Numbered from the stretch's first letter, positions 20,592 through 31,316 are shown. The stretch is 64,000 bases of DNA from an uncultured Acidobacteriota bacterium (GCA_963792175.1 CAWBVG010000053.1:65013-129012); one strand, 5' to 3'. Made by a program: numbers and translations. Notes: generated from the letters alone by a model not told the origin.

Positions 20592-21447
20592 ATGTACGGA
20601 CGGCTCATGGTTTCCGCAACAGCCCTGCTGTTCGCTTCAGCTCTGCCATCGGAGGCTCAGACGCGTGCCGGGGCACGCACGGCGCCACCGATTCGCTTTC
20701 AGGAAATGGACCGCAACAACGACCGCGTCGTGACCCGCGCCGAGTGGCAGGGCAGCGACGAATCGTTCCGCCAAAACGATTGGAACGGCGACGGCATCCT
20801 CTCCGGCGACGAAGTCCGCCTCGACGTCAACGAGCGTGCGCGCGGCCGCGACGACTTCTCGTACGACACGCCCGATACGGCTTCAACGACTGGACCCCAC
20901 GCCAGTTCGCGGCGCTCGATCGCAACCACGACGGGCGGATCGCGCGCAAGGAGTGGCGCCTCGATCGCGAGCTGTTCGGTCGCGTCGATCGCAACGGCGA
21001 CAATTTCGTGTCTCGCGCGGAATTCAATCGAATGCCGCAGCAGCTGTTCTCCAGCGCGGACGTCAATCGTGACGGGTTCATCGAGGCGAACGAATGGAGA
21101 GGGGCCCGTGCGACATTCGACCGCCGCGACCTGAACCGCGATGGCCGCCTCACCCGCGACGAATTCGCGGGTTCGGGATCGGTGGAGATACCCGGTAACA
21201 CACCTGTTGGGACGTCCGGTTCACACAGCCCTGCGTACAGCGCCGGCTACGGCCGTGGCGTGGTCGAGGCGCGCGCGCAGGCGCGCGAGGATCGCGTTCG
21301 CAATCAGGGCTACGATCCTGAAGGGCAGCGCGAGCTCGAGACGGCCGATTCGGGATACGACCCGCGGTTTGGACCGAAGGCTGAGTATCAGGCCGGCTAC
21401 CGCGAGGGTGGCGCCGGGGCTACCCCGAGGGCTGGCGCCAGCCGTAG
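20592..21447 (+). pseudogene. Secreted multi-EF-hand calcium-binding protein, two frameshifts
   Basis: Signal peptide, then six DxNxDG-type loops (DRNNDRVVTRAEW, DWNGDGILSGDE, DRNHDGRIARKEW, DRNGDNFVSRAEF, DVNRDGFIEANEW, DLNRDGRLTRDEF). Shifts near 20870 and 21405. Stop TAG 21445..21447. Confidence 0.7.
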
Positions 21448-21495
21448 ATCAGGAGAAGATCACAGGAGATCAGAGAGATCAGGATCCGGATCACG
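21447..21495. repeat. Direct array of GATCA-containing 9-11 nt units
   Basis: GATC at 21447, 21458, 21468, 21477, 21483, 21489. Lies between the EF-hand gene stop and the DUF2207 gene end. Confidence 0.6.
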
Positions 21496-23433
21496 CAGCC
21501 CGCCACCGCCGCCCCCGCCCGAGGAACCACCGCCGGAATCGCCGCCGCTGGACGAGCTCCCTGATGAACTGTCCGAGCCGCTCGATGCCGGCGAGGGTAC
21601 CGATGCGGCCATGCCGGCGGCCGCAACCGACCACGCCGCGCCGCCGCCTGCCCCGCCGGATCGTCCGCCTCCGAACCCGGTCCACTCGGGTGCGGCCGGG
21701 ACGCAGAGGAGTCGCTCTGACGGACGATGACGTGTAGCCGGAATGTCGGGGTCCGTGCCGATCTCCGATTGTCGTGGCCGCCCGCTCGGTGGACCAGGCA
21801 TCCGCCTGTTCGCCGAGGCCGAATGCCAGCACCCACGGGTACCAGTCGTCGCGCAGCGCCGGCTGCGGCCGCCGAAGCTCGGCGCTGAAGAATTCGCGCG
21901 CCGGCCGTCAGCTTCTTTCGCAACGCGACAGCGGCCCGGCTCGGTCGCGATCTGCAATGCCTCTGATCGAAGAGTTCAAGTGACCCACAGCGACAGCGCG
22001 ACGACTCGCCGCCACCATCAGCGGCGAAAGATCGACGTCGCCCCGTGCAACGGAGCGCCAGAGGAACGCCGCGGTCGCCGCCGCGAACGTCATCGCCGGC
22101 AAGAACGAGAGAAGCGCCGCCCCGCGGCCCCAGTCCATTCGCGTCCGAAAGACGACGCCGGCGATTCGCGCGATGCCGGCGACGGCCAGGGCCCCAATGG
22201 CGAGGAACAACGGGTGGGCTGCCATCGGTGCCGCCGAGATACCACGCACCCGCGAGCATGGCGGCGCACGCGAGGAACCAGACGAATGCTCGTCGTCAGT
22301 CCGATCGGCGCGGTGAGTCTCCAGACTCCAGCAGCAGCTGGACGCGTGCGTCGAGCTCGGACCTGATGACCTCTACGGGGTTGAAGCCTGGTCGCTGTAG
22401 TGGCTCCGCACATCTTCGGTGCTGGACTCGGTTCGCCCATCGAAGAACAGCGCGTCGACGAGCGTGCGCTCGTGGCCGTCGAGCGTCGACCAATCCGCCT
22501 TCAACCGGAGCGTCATCGATGGTTTGCCGGCGCCAGAACCGGCCGACTGTCGCTCTCGAGCTTGCCTTCCCTGACCAGCCGCGCGATCAGCGCGACGACT
22601 TCCGGCGTGCCGATGCTGTCATCCCAGGCGGCGCCCACAACCTCGGCCGGGATATTTCAGGATGTGTTCGGCGATCCATCGGTCGTCGATCTGGTCCGTG
22701 GTCACCGGCACGAAGCGGCCCCATGACTCCTCACGGCCAGAAGAATCCCAGCATCGCAAGCGCGGTCGCACCAAGCAGTATCAGCAGCGCCATCGCGATC
22801 GAAGTGCGGCGACGGGCTCCTCCCTGGCCTCCGGCTGACCGCTGCCGACGTAGCGGATCGGAATCGTGAGCACGAAGCGGTGACCCAGCTCGCCAGGCCG
22901 GACGCCACGTAGACCTTCTGCACCTCGGACAGCGGCTGCCATGCCGGATCCAGCGTGAGCCGCAGCACGAAGCTGTCGATGGTCCCGTTGCGATCGGGGA
23001 ACGCAAAGTCGTGTTCGAGCCGTAGCGATCGCCGTCCTTGCGACCAGGACTCCGGAGAGCTGGTATCCAGGATGTAGGTGATCGCCGTGCCGGCGAACGG
23101 CGGGTCCGTGGGCAGCCGGCTCCGCCATCGCAGCGTTCGCGCGTCGGTCCACGCGTAGTCGTCGATGTTGAGCAGGCTGCGATCCTCGTGCAGGTCGCGG
23201 GGCCCGGCGCCGGACAGACGCGAGATTCGGGTGAACGTCAACCGCTGCTGGGGGCGGATGTTGAATTTGCGCTCGCCGCCATTCCAGTCGCCGGTGAAGA
23301 CCATCGCGTGCGTCTCGGTGACACGAAGGCGGCCGGCGGCATCCAGACGGGCCTCGACGTCGAGCCGGTCCCAGTGCAGCTCGCGCTGCGCGAGCGCGAT
23401 GCCCGGCAGCGACAGCATCAGAAGGACGCACAC
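21460..23433 (-). pseudogene. DUF2207-family membrane protein, five or more frameshifts
   Basis: The N-terminal domain is intact in ORF 22702..23433. TM segments and the Gly-rich tail (GGGSSGGGGGGG) are recovered from ORFs 22731.., 22296.., 21908.., 21491.., 21460... Confidence 0.6.
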
Positions 23434-23524
23434 TGCCGCGACCTGTCCGGCCGGAGCGCCGCAGAGATGACCAGCGCGGAGGTGGATCCGCCGGGGTGAA
23501 TCATGGGCGTCCGCGGCTCAACGG

Positions 23525-23629
23525 CAGATCAAAACACGAAGATCGAAGATCAGGAGACATTTTGGTTTTGTTTTCCCAAAGAGAACTCCTGATCTCCTGA
23601 TCTCCTGTTAGAAATCTCTTGATCTCAAG
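23525..23629. repeat. Hairpin built from GATCAGGAG / CTCCTGATC words
   Basis: GATCAGGAG (23548..23556) pairs with CTCCTGATC (23586..23594) around a T-rich 29-nt loop. Extra copies of the word on both sides. Six GATC sites. Confidence 0.75.
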
Positions 23630-24705
23630 GGTTCGACGCGCCGAAGACGCTCTCGAGCTCGTACGGCGTCGTGACCTCGAGCTGATCGTACCGGCAGTCG
23701 GCGGGCTGCTTGTCGGGACGCCAGCGTTGAAAGACCGCGGCGTGCCGGAAGCGCGACCCCTGCATGTGGTCGTATTTGACCTCGCAGACGCGCTCGATCC
23801 GCAGCGGTTCCCACGAGAGGTCCTTGCCCGCACTCCATCGGCTCTGGCCGCCGGGCATGCGCGTCATGTCCGAGGCTGTCGGCCTCGGCCCATTCCCGCC
23901 AGGGATGATTCTCCAGCGCGCGCTCGCGGAGCGGCGCGAGCTCCTCGACGAGCTGCCGGCGCATCGCCATCGTGAACGACGAGGTCACGCCGACATGATG
24001 GAGCGCGCCCTTCGCGTCGTAGAGTCCCAGCAGCAGCGAACCGATCGCGCTCGTCCTGCCCGTCCTTGTGCCAGCGAAAGCCAGCGACCACACAGTCGGC
24101 GGTCCGCGCGTGCTTGATCTTGATCATCGCGCGCTTGCCCGGCTCGTAGGTGCTGTCCGCGGCTTGGCGATCACGCCGTCGAGGCCCGCGCCTTCGAAGC
24201 GAGACAGCCAGTCGGTCGCCACCTGCGGATCGCGCGTCATCGGCGTCAGGTGCACCGGGCGCTCGACGGCGGCGAGCGCCTGCTCGAGCCGGGCGCGCCG
24301 CTCGCTCTGCGCGACGGCACGGAGATCCCGTCCATCGAGCGCGAGGGCGTCGAAGGCGATGAACGAGGCCGGCGTTGCCTTCGCGAGCTTCGCGGCGCGC
24401 GAGGCCGCCGGGTGCAACCGCAGCTGCAGCGCCTCGAAATCGAGCCCGCGGGGCGTGGCGATCACGATCTCGCCGTCGATGACGCTGCCGTCCGGCAGTC
24501 GCTCGATCAGCGCGTCGTGCAGCTCGGGAAAGTAGCGATCGAGCGGCCGCAGGTCGCGGCTCTGGATGAAGACCTCGGAGCCGCCGCGAAACACGATGGC
24601 GCGAAATCCGTCCCACTTCGGCTCGTACAGGAAGGGCCCGACCGGGATCGCCTCCGCGAGCTTCGCCAGCATCGGCTCAATGGGAGGATCGATCGGAAAA
24701 GACAT
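23625..24705 (-). pseudogene. ATP-dependent DNA ligase, stand-alone LigC-like size, three frameshifts
   Basis: ATG 24705. Adenylation motif YEPKWDGFR, GVIAK, KIKH. Pieces in ORFs 24124.., 23864.., 23608.., 23625... Shifts near 24150, 24065, 23870. Confidence 0.85.
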
Positions 24706-24719
24706 CAGACGGCCGGCAG

Positions 24720-24797
24720 ATTGGTGAGTTCGGTGAATTGGTGAATTGAGTGAATTCACACTCACCCAATTCACCCATTCACCAATTCGCCAATTGC
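24720..24797. repeat. Long imperfect hairpin built from GGTGAATT / AATTCACC words
   Basis: Left ATTGGTG AGTTCGGTG AATTGGTG AATTGAGTG. Right AATTCACACTCACCC AATTCACCC ATTCACC AATTCGCC AATTGC. Helices of about 6, 7, 7 and 6 bp. Confidence 0.75.
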
Positions 24798-24850
24798 TCT
24801 AGCGGAGTTTCGCTGGCGCGGGCCTGTGAGAATCGCCGCCAGCGAGCCTT

Positions 24851-26673
24851 TCAGTCGCGCGGCGTCGCGTCCGGTCGCGCCGGTCCGCGTCGCTCGTCGA
24901 TCTGCTTGGCGAGCGCCTCGAGCTGTTCCACCACCGCCGCCGCGTTGCGGTCGCTGCCGCCGCGCAGGCCATCGGCGCGCTCGAGCGCGGTCTTCACGGC
25001 CCGCGCGCGATCCGGTTGGATGCCCCTGGTGCGCGTCAGCTGATCGACGTACGCCAGCGCCACCGCGGTGCTCGGCGGGCCACGATGATCTTCATCTGCT
25101 GCTGCGTGTTCAGCTCCTCGATCCGCACCTGCGTGGCCGCGTCGATCTCGTTCTGCGAGAGGTGCTCGGTCGGCACCAGCTTGAAGACGTCGATGCCCCG
25201 CGCGATCTCGGAGCCGTAGATCTGGCCGTTGTACCAGTAGGTCGACCAGTAGCCGCCGGTGATCAGGACTTTCGCATCGATCGGGCCGCGGTCGAAGTAG
25301 GCAATCTCCACCGGGTGCGCCGCGTCGGTGAAATCGAACACCGACACGCCGCCCTGGTACCACGCCTGCGCCATGATGTCGCGGCCGGGCACCGGGATCA
25401 GCGCGCCGTTGTGCGCCACGCAGTTCTCCGTGTCGCTCTGCGCGGCCGGCAGCTTGTAGTAGCCGCCGAAGCGCAGCTTCTTGCCGTCCTTGGTGTCGAC
25501 GATGTCGAAGATCGCGTCGGCGCCCCAGGTCGGCAGGTCGGTCGCGCGGCAGCGCGGGCGCGTGCCGCCGCCCCACTCGTCGGTGAAGATCACCTTCGTT
25601 CCGTCGTTGTTGAACGTCGCCGAATGCCAATACGCGAAGTTCTTGTCGCTCGCATCGTCCAGCCGCACCGGGTGCACCGGATCGTGGATGTCGAGCAGGA
25701 TGCCGTTGCCGGAGCAGGCGCCGGCCGCCAGGCCGATCTCGGGAAACACCGTGATGTCGTGGCACTGGTTCGTCACCGATGTCTTCTGCGCTGCCCTCGC
25801 CGTGATCGCCGCCCGCCCACAGGCCGTTCAGCGCGCCGGTTTTCGCGTCGGCGAAGATGCGCGGCCGGTTGACGATCGCGGCCTTCTCCGGCGACGCCAG
25901 CGGCACCTTGATGACGTCGATGCTGAACAGCGCCGTGTTCGGATCTTCCTCGGGCTTCAGGCCGGAACAGCCGGCGAGCTCCTCGGCCGAGCGCACCGCG
26001 CCAGTGCCCGATCCGTAGACGTACAGGTTCGCCGGATCCTTCGGGTCGGTGACGAGGGTGTGCGTATGCGATCCGCGGCACGTCTGCACCGCGGCCACCT
26101 GCTTGGGTTTCTTGAGATCGCTGATGTCGAAGATGCGGACGCCGCGGAATCGCTCGCCGCTCACCTTGCCCTGAATCCCCTCGGTGCCGCAGTCGAGCCG
26201 CCCGCGCGTCTGCTCGACCGACATGAACAGCAGGTTGCCGTGCACCGACATGTCGCCCTGCCCGCCGGGGCAGACAATCGACGCGCTCAGCTTCGGCTTG
26301 CCCGGGCGCTCGATGTCGTAGGTGTTGAAGCCATGAAAGCTGCCGAGGAAGAGATGCGTGCCGCTGAAGGCGAGATCGGAGTTGGCGAACGCGAGCATGT
26401 TCGCGAACCGCGGATCCGGCGGCGCTCAGGATCGAGCGGCGGCAGGCTCGGATCGCGCTCCGGCGGGGTTGCCGTGCCGGCCGGCACCTTCGGATCGAAG
26501 AACCCTTCCGGCTTGAACAGGCTCGCGATCTTCTCCATCCCTTTCGCGGCCTCGCCCGCGTCGCGCAGGCCCGGCTTCAGCCCGACGCGCGGATCCTTGC
26601 TCTGTGCGCCGACAGCGACCGCCGCCGCAATCAGCGCGGCGGAAACCCATCCCAGCCTGGCTACCGATTTCAT
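24851..26673 (-). pseudogene. Secreted beta-propeller protein (LVIVD-repeat-like), paralogue 1, three frameshifts
   Basis: Collinear with 26763..28646 over its full length. Pieces in ORFs 26287.., 24851.., 25036... Shifts near 26405, 25785, 25080. Confidence 0.6.
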
Positions 26674-26688
26674 CGCTCAGATCTCCAT

Positions 26689-26762
26689 GAACTCTCAAGT
26701 TCAAGTCTCAGTCTCAGTGTCCGGGAGCGGGTAAGAGTTGAGCCTTGAAAGTTGAGACTTGA
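26689..26762. repeat. Inverted TCAAGTCTCA / TGAGACTTGA pair with flanking 6-7 nt periodic copies
   Basis: TCAAGTCTCA (26701..26710) and TGAGACTTGA (26753..26762) are a perfect 10-bp pair. The right side reads GAGTTG AGCCTTG AAAGTTG AGACTTG. Confidence 0.7.
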
Positions 26763-28646
26763 TTATCGCAGTTTTGCCGCGCGACCCTTGATCGTCGCCG
26801 CGAGCGACCGGAGACGCGGTGCGTCACGCCCGCTGGCGCCAGTGGCGTCGCCCTCGATCTGTTTCGCCAGCGCGTCGAGCTGATCGGATGCGGCGACCGC
26901 GGCCTTCTCGTTGCCGGTGCGCACGCTGTCGGCGCGCTCGAGCGCGGTTTTCACGGCACGCGCCCGATCCGGCTGAATCGCTTTGGTCCGCGTCAGCTGA
27001 TCGACGTAGGCGAGCGCCACCGGCGTGCTCGCCGGCCAGGTGATCTTCGTCTGCTGCTGCGTATTGAGCTCTTCATGCCGGATCAGCGTCGCGGCGTCGA
27101 TCTCGTTCTGCGACAAGTATTCGCTCGGCTTCAATCTGAAGACGTCGATCCCGCGCGCGATCTCCGATCCGTAGATCTGTCCGTTGTACCAGTACGCCGA
27201 CCAGTAGCCGCCCGAGACGAGGCGGGATCCATCAATGGGACCGCGATCGAAGAACGCAATCTCGACCGGCTTGACGCCGTCGGTGAAGTCGAACACCGAG
27301 ACGCCGCCCTGGTACCACGCCTGCACCATGATGTCGCGGCCGGGTACGGGGATCAGCGAGCCGTTGTGCGCCACGCAATTTTCCTGCTCGGTCTGCGGCG
27401 CCGGCATCTTGAAATAGCCCGCGAACTTCAGCTTCCTGTCGACGACGTCGAAGATGGCGTCCGCGCCCCAGGTCGGCGGATCGATCGCGCGGCAGCGCGG
27501 ACGGCCGCCGCCGCCCCACTCGTCGGTGAAGATCACCTTGGTGCCGTCGTTGTTGAACGTCGCCGAGTGCCAGTACGCGAAGTTCTTGTCGCTCACGTCG
27601 TCGAGCCTGACCGGGTGCACCGGATCGTGGATGTCGAGCAGGATGCCGTTGCCGGCGCAGGCGCCCGCGGCAAGACCGATTTCGGCAAACACCGTGATGT
27701 CGTGGCACTGATTGGTGACGCGCGAGGGCTGCGTGCCGGGGCCGCGGTCGCCGCCTTTTTCCAGGCCCGCGATCGCGCCGGTCTTGGCGTCGGTGAAAAT
27801 GCGCGGCCGGTTGACGATCGCGGCCTTCTCCGGCGCCGCCAGCGGCACCTTGATCACGTCGATGCTGAAGAGCGCCGTGTTCGGATCGTCGTCGGGCTTG
27901 AGGCCCGAGCAGCCCGCAAGCTCCTCCGCCGAACGCACCGAGCTCGTTCCCGATCCGTAGACGTACAGGTTCGCCTTGTCGTTCGGATCGGTCACCAGCG
28001 TGTGCGTATGCGATCCCCGGCAGGTCTGGATCGCGGCGACCTGCCTCGGGTTGTTCAGATTGGTGATGTCGAAGATCCGGACGCCGCGGAACCGCTCGGT
28101 GCTGATCGGCGTCGGCACGCCCTGCGTGCCGCAGTCGAGGCGGCCGCGCACCTGCTCGACGGACATGAACAGCAGATTGCCGTGGACAGAGACGTCGCCC
28201 TGGCCACCCGGACACACCACCGACGCGAGAAGCTTCGGCCTCCCCGGGCGCTCGACGTCATAGGTATTGAACCCGTGGTAGTTGCCGACAATGGCGTGGT
28301 TGCCGCTGAAGGCGAGATCCGAGTTGGTAAACCCCAGTCTGTTGGCCGCAACCGGATCGAACGGCGGCGGGACGCCGGGATCGCGCGGGGGCGCGTTCGG
28401 ATCCGCCGGAGTCTCCGGCGGCGCGGGATTGCCCGCCGGCGCCTTCGGATCGAAGAAGCCGTCGGGTTTGGGCAGCCCCGCGATCCGCTCCATGTTGAAC
28501 GCGGCCTCGCCGGCGTCGTGGAGTCCCGGCTTCAGGCCAATGCGCGGATCGGATTTCGAGGCGGGCGCCTGCTGGGCGCCTCCACGCAGCACCGTCGAGA
28601 CGAGAATCACGGAGACGCTCAGGATTCTGATCGCCGCAGATCTCAT
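26763..28646 (-). CDS. Secreted beta-propeller protein (LVIVD-repeat-like), paralogue 2, intact
   Basis: Inside ORF 26763..29354. ATG 28646, MRSAAIRILSVSVILV signal. TCRGSHTHTLV, NQCHDITVF, AWYQGGVSVFDFTD. Family name from memory. Confidence 0.7.
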   Translation of the reverse strand: MRSAAIRILSVSVILVSTVLRGGAQQAPASKSDPRIGLKPGLHDAGEAAFNMERIAGLPKPDGFFDPKAPAGNPAPPETPADPNAPPRDPGVPPPFDPVAANRLGFTNSDLAFSGNHAIVGNYHGFNTYDVERPGRPKLLASVVCPGGQGDVSVHGNLLFMSVEQVRGRLDCGTQGVPTPISTERFRGVRIFDITNLNNPRQVAAIQTCRGSHTHTLVTDPNDKANLYVYGSGTSSVRSAEELAGCSGLKPDDDPNTALFSIDVIKVPLAAPEKAAIVNRPRIFTDAKTGAIAGLEKGGDRGPGTQPSRVTNQCHDITVFAEIGLAAGACAGNGILLDIHDPVHPVRLDDVSDKNFAYWHSATFNNDGTKVIFTDEWGGGGRPRCRAIDPPTWGADAIFDVVDRKLKFAGYFKMPAPQTEQENCVAHNGSLIPVPGRDIMVQAWYQGGVSVFDFTDGVKPVEIAFFDRGPIDGSRLVSGGYWSAYWYNGQIYGSEIARGIDVFRLKPSEYLSQNEIDAATLIRHEELNTQQQTKITWPASTPVALAYVDQLTRTKAIQPDRARAVKTALERADSVRTGNEKAAVAASDQLDALAKQIEGDATGASGRDAPRLRSLAATIKGRAAKLR

Positions 28647-29329
28647 TGCTGAAGCTCCTTCATGTGGGCGAGCATGGCGCCCATGCGATCGATCTCCATG
28701 CGCTGATCGGCCTCGACGTCGGACACGAAGGCGAACACCTCGGACTCCTGGGCCGCGCCCGGGGCGGCGAGCAGATCGGAGACCATCGTCAACGCGCCGC
28801 CGTGGTGTTTGATCATGCCTTGCAGGAACAGCCGATCGAACTCGGCGCCCTTCGCGGCGGCGAGGCGCTCCATTTCCTCCGGCGTCAGCATGCCCGGCAT
28901 CATCGGCGCGCCGTTCATGCGATGCACACCCGGTCCGGGCACCTGCTGGCCTCTCGCGCGCAGCCACGACTCCATCATCTTGATCTCGTCCTGCTGGGAA
29001 AGGTCGATGCGCAGCGACAGCTTCTTGAGGTCTTCGCTCTGGGTCCTCGACGGCACGAGCGCGACCATCTGTATGGCCTGCGCGTGGTGGCCGATCATGC
29101 CCTGCATGAACTTGATGTCGTCGCCGGTGTACTGCACCTGAGAGAGATCGGCGGCCTGATCGGCGGTGATGATCTTGCTCGCCTGACCGGGCGCACCGGG
29201 CTGAACGATCGGCGGCTTCGGATCGACGTCCGTCGTGGTCTTGACGCCGTTCACCGCGGCGGTCCGACACGACGCGGCCGCGACCGTCGCGAAAAGCAGG
29301 AGAGCGACTCCGGGAAACTGACTCTTCAT
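28643..29329 (-). CDS. Exported DUF305-family (four-helix, ferritin-like) protein
   Basis: ORF 28643..29347, ATG 29329. Lipobox-like AAASC. Duplicated FMQGMIGHHAQAI / FLQGMIKHHGGAL. The stop overlaps the next start (ATGA). Confidence 0.8.
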   Translation of the reverse strand: MKSQFPGVALLLFATVAAASCRTAAVNGVKTTTDVDPKPPIVQPGAPGQASKIITADQAADLSQVQYTGDDIKFMQGMIGHHAQAIQMVALVPSRTQSEDLKKLSLRIDLSQQDEIKMMESWLRARGQQVPGPGVHRMNGAPMMPGMLTPEEMERLAAAKGAEFDRLFLQGMIKHHGGALTMVSDLLAAPGAAQESEVFAFVSDVEADQRMEIDRMGAMLAHMKELQQ

Positions 29330-29393
29330 TACTTGCAAAGAATACACGCTTCAAGCCTGCGACGTCCCGCGGACAGACGACGACATTTCTGTA

Positions 29394-30222
29394 CTATTTC
29401 GCAGCCAGCGCCTTTTGAATCGCTGCTTCGGCCAGCGGCGCCATGATCGCGTACCCGGCGCCGTTCGGGTGCAGATCGTCGCCGCTCAGTTCCGCTTTCA
29501 GCATCCCCTTGTCGTCGATCATCGCCGGGAAATAATCCAGGTACTTGATGCCGATGCGCGGCGGCGTACTGGCGGATCCAGTCGTTGATCGCGCGTACAC
29601 GCGTGAGCGGCCGCTGCGTCGTCTGCGGCACGGCGTTGGGGTTGGGCACGTGATAGTTGCTGACGGGTGTAATGCTGGACAGGACCACCTTGATGCCGTT
29701 GGCGGCCGCGAGCTCGGCCATCGACGCGAGGTTGCCCTCAATCTGCTCGTCGGTCATCGGACCGGTGTTGCCGGCGATGTCGTTGGTTCCGCCAAGGATG
29801 ACGACCACCTTGGGCTTGAACGCGATGACGTCCGGCCGCATCCGGATCAACATCTGCGGCGTGGTCTGGCCGCTGATGCCGCGGCCGACGTAGTTCTTGC
29901 CGGGGAAGAACGCGCCAAATCGCGGCTGCGGCCAGACGTCCGTGATCGAGTCGCCCATGAACACCACGTCGGCGCTCGTCACCACGCGATTGGCTTCCCG
30001 GTACCGTGCGATCTGTGGCCAATCGCGCAAACGCGCATCGTTGTTGGAGACGGCTCGAAGCGCCGCGGCAAGGTCCGCGCACTCGAGCGACGCCGCCGGC
30101 AGCGGCGACGGCGGCTGTGCCGGCGCCTGTGCCAGGGATGATCTGAAACCGGCAGTCGCGACGACCAGGACGAATGCGAAACAGCCGAGAGCGACACGCA
30201 CCTTCACGATGACCCTCCTCAT
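29394..30222 (-). pseudogene. Secreted SGNH/GDSL hydrolase, one frameshift
   Basis: VVFMGDSIT, GISGQTT, ILGGTNDI, DDLHPN blocks. ORFs 29329..30222 and 29394..29741 join near 29555. Confidence 0.75.
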
Positions 30223-31277
30223 CTGCCGAATGCGAGACGTTCCGATTCCGTCAACGGCACCGCCAACGCGCGTCCCTCCGCCGACGATCTGATCGCCGTT
30301 TCGACGACGGCTGCGACCGCAACCGCTTGTTCAGGTGGAACCGGGTTGCCACCAGCGCCATCGATCGCATCGCGGACGCGCCGGTAGAACTCTGGATAAT
30401 CACCAGGCGGCACCGGCATCGGCGTGCGAGTCCCGCGCGCGCCGTCGACCATCACCGCCTGTTCGGGCTCTCCCGGCGCGACGGTGCCTCCGGGGGTCAA
30501 CGCCGCGACCAGCTGCTGCTCCTGTGCGTCCACGCCGTTTTTGATCCAGCTGCCGTCCCGCCCATGCACGACGAAGCGAACCGCTGGAGCGGCCACCAGC
30601 ACGGACGCGTGCAGGATCGCGCGCCGCCGATTGTACTCAAGGACCACATGCGCCCAGTCGTCGACCTGCGACCCCGCGCGCTGCGCCGCCAGGCTTCCCC
30701 ACACGCGGTCGGGCAACCCGAACAATTGCAGCGCCTGATCGACCAGGTGCGGGCCGAGATCGTGCCAGAGCCCCGCCCCCGCGCCGGGCTGCTCTCGCCA
30801 TCGATCCCGCACCAGCGGCCGGTAGCGATCGAAGTGCGACTCGAAGTGCGAGACCTCGCCGAGAACGCCGCGCGACAGCAGATCGCGAAGCGCCAGAAAG
30901 TCGCCGTCCCATCGGCGGTTCTGGAACACCGCCAGCACGCGATCGCTGCCGGCGGCGAGCATCGCCGTCGCGCGCGCCTCGTCGAGCGTCGGCGCGATCG
31001 GCTTGTCCACCACCACGTGCTTGCCGGCGCGAAGCGCCGCGGCGGCAAGCGGCGCGTGAACGCCGGACGGCGCCGCGATCACGACGAGATCGATCGATGG
31101 CGTGGCGAGGAGATCGTCGGCGCTCGGGACGACGGCGATGCCGGGCAGGTCGGCGGTGACGCGTTCCGGCCGGCTCGAGCTCACGGCGACGAGCTCGAGA
31201 CCTGGCGTCGCCCGGATCAGCGGGGCGTGAAACGTTCGTCCCGCGTAGCCGTAGCCAATCAGCCCAACCCTAATCAT
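30219..31277 (-). CDS. Gfo/Idh/MocA-family oxidoreductase (in a ThuB-like position)
   Basis: ORF 30219..31277, intact. MIRVGLIGYGYAGRTFH Rossmann start. The stop overlaps the next start (ATGA). Confidence 0.85.
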   Translation of the reverse strand: MIRVGLIGYGYAGRTFHAPLIRATPGLELVAVSSSRPERVTADLPGIAVVPSADDLLATPSIDLVVIAAPSGVHAPLAAAALRAGKHVVVDKPIAPTLDEARATAMLAAGSDRVLAVFQNRRWDGDFLALRDLLSRGVLGEVSHFESHFDRYRPLVRDRWREQPGAGAGLWHDLGPHLVDQALQLFGLPDRVWGSLAAQRAGSQVDDWAHVVLEYNRRRAILHASVLVAAPAVRFVVHGRDGSWIKNGVDAQEQQLVAALTPGGTVAPGEPEQAVMVDGARGTRTPMPVPPGDYPEFYRRVRDAIDGAGGNPVPPEQAVAVAAVVETAIRSSAEGRALAVPLTESERLAFGR

Positions 31278-31316
31278 CGGCGCTCCCGTCGGCTGGGCGT
31301 CCGGCGGCGCGCTGGT

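Noticed and set aside
23628-23640. tRNA-like GGTTCGA T-loop strings (also near 37070)
   Set aside because: There are no flanking acceptor, D or anticodon stems. The second string is inside the TonB receptor coding sequence.
24752-24757. Restriction-site palindromes (GAATTC here, AGATCT at 1461, CTCGAG/AGCTAGCT near 59652) as meaningful signals
   Set aside because: These are by-products of the dyad centres of the word-hairpins and are not independent features.
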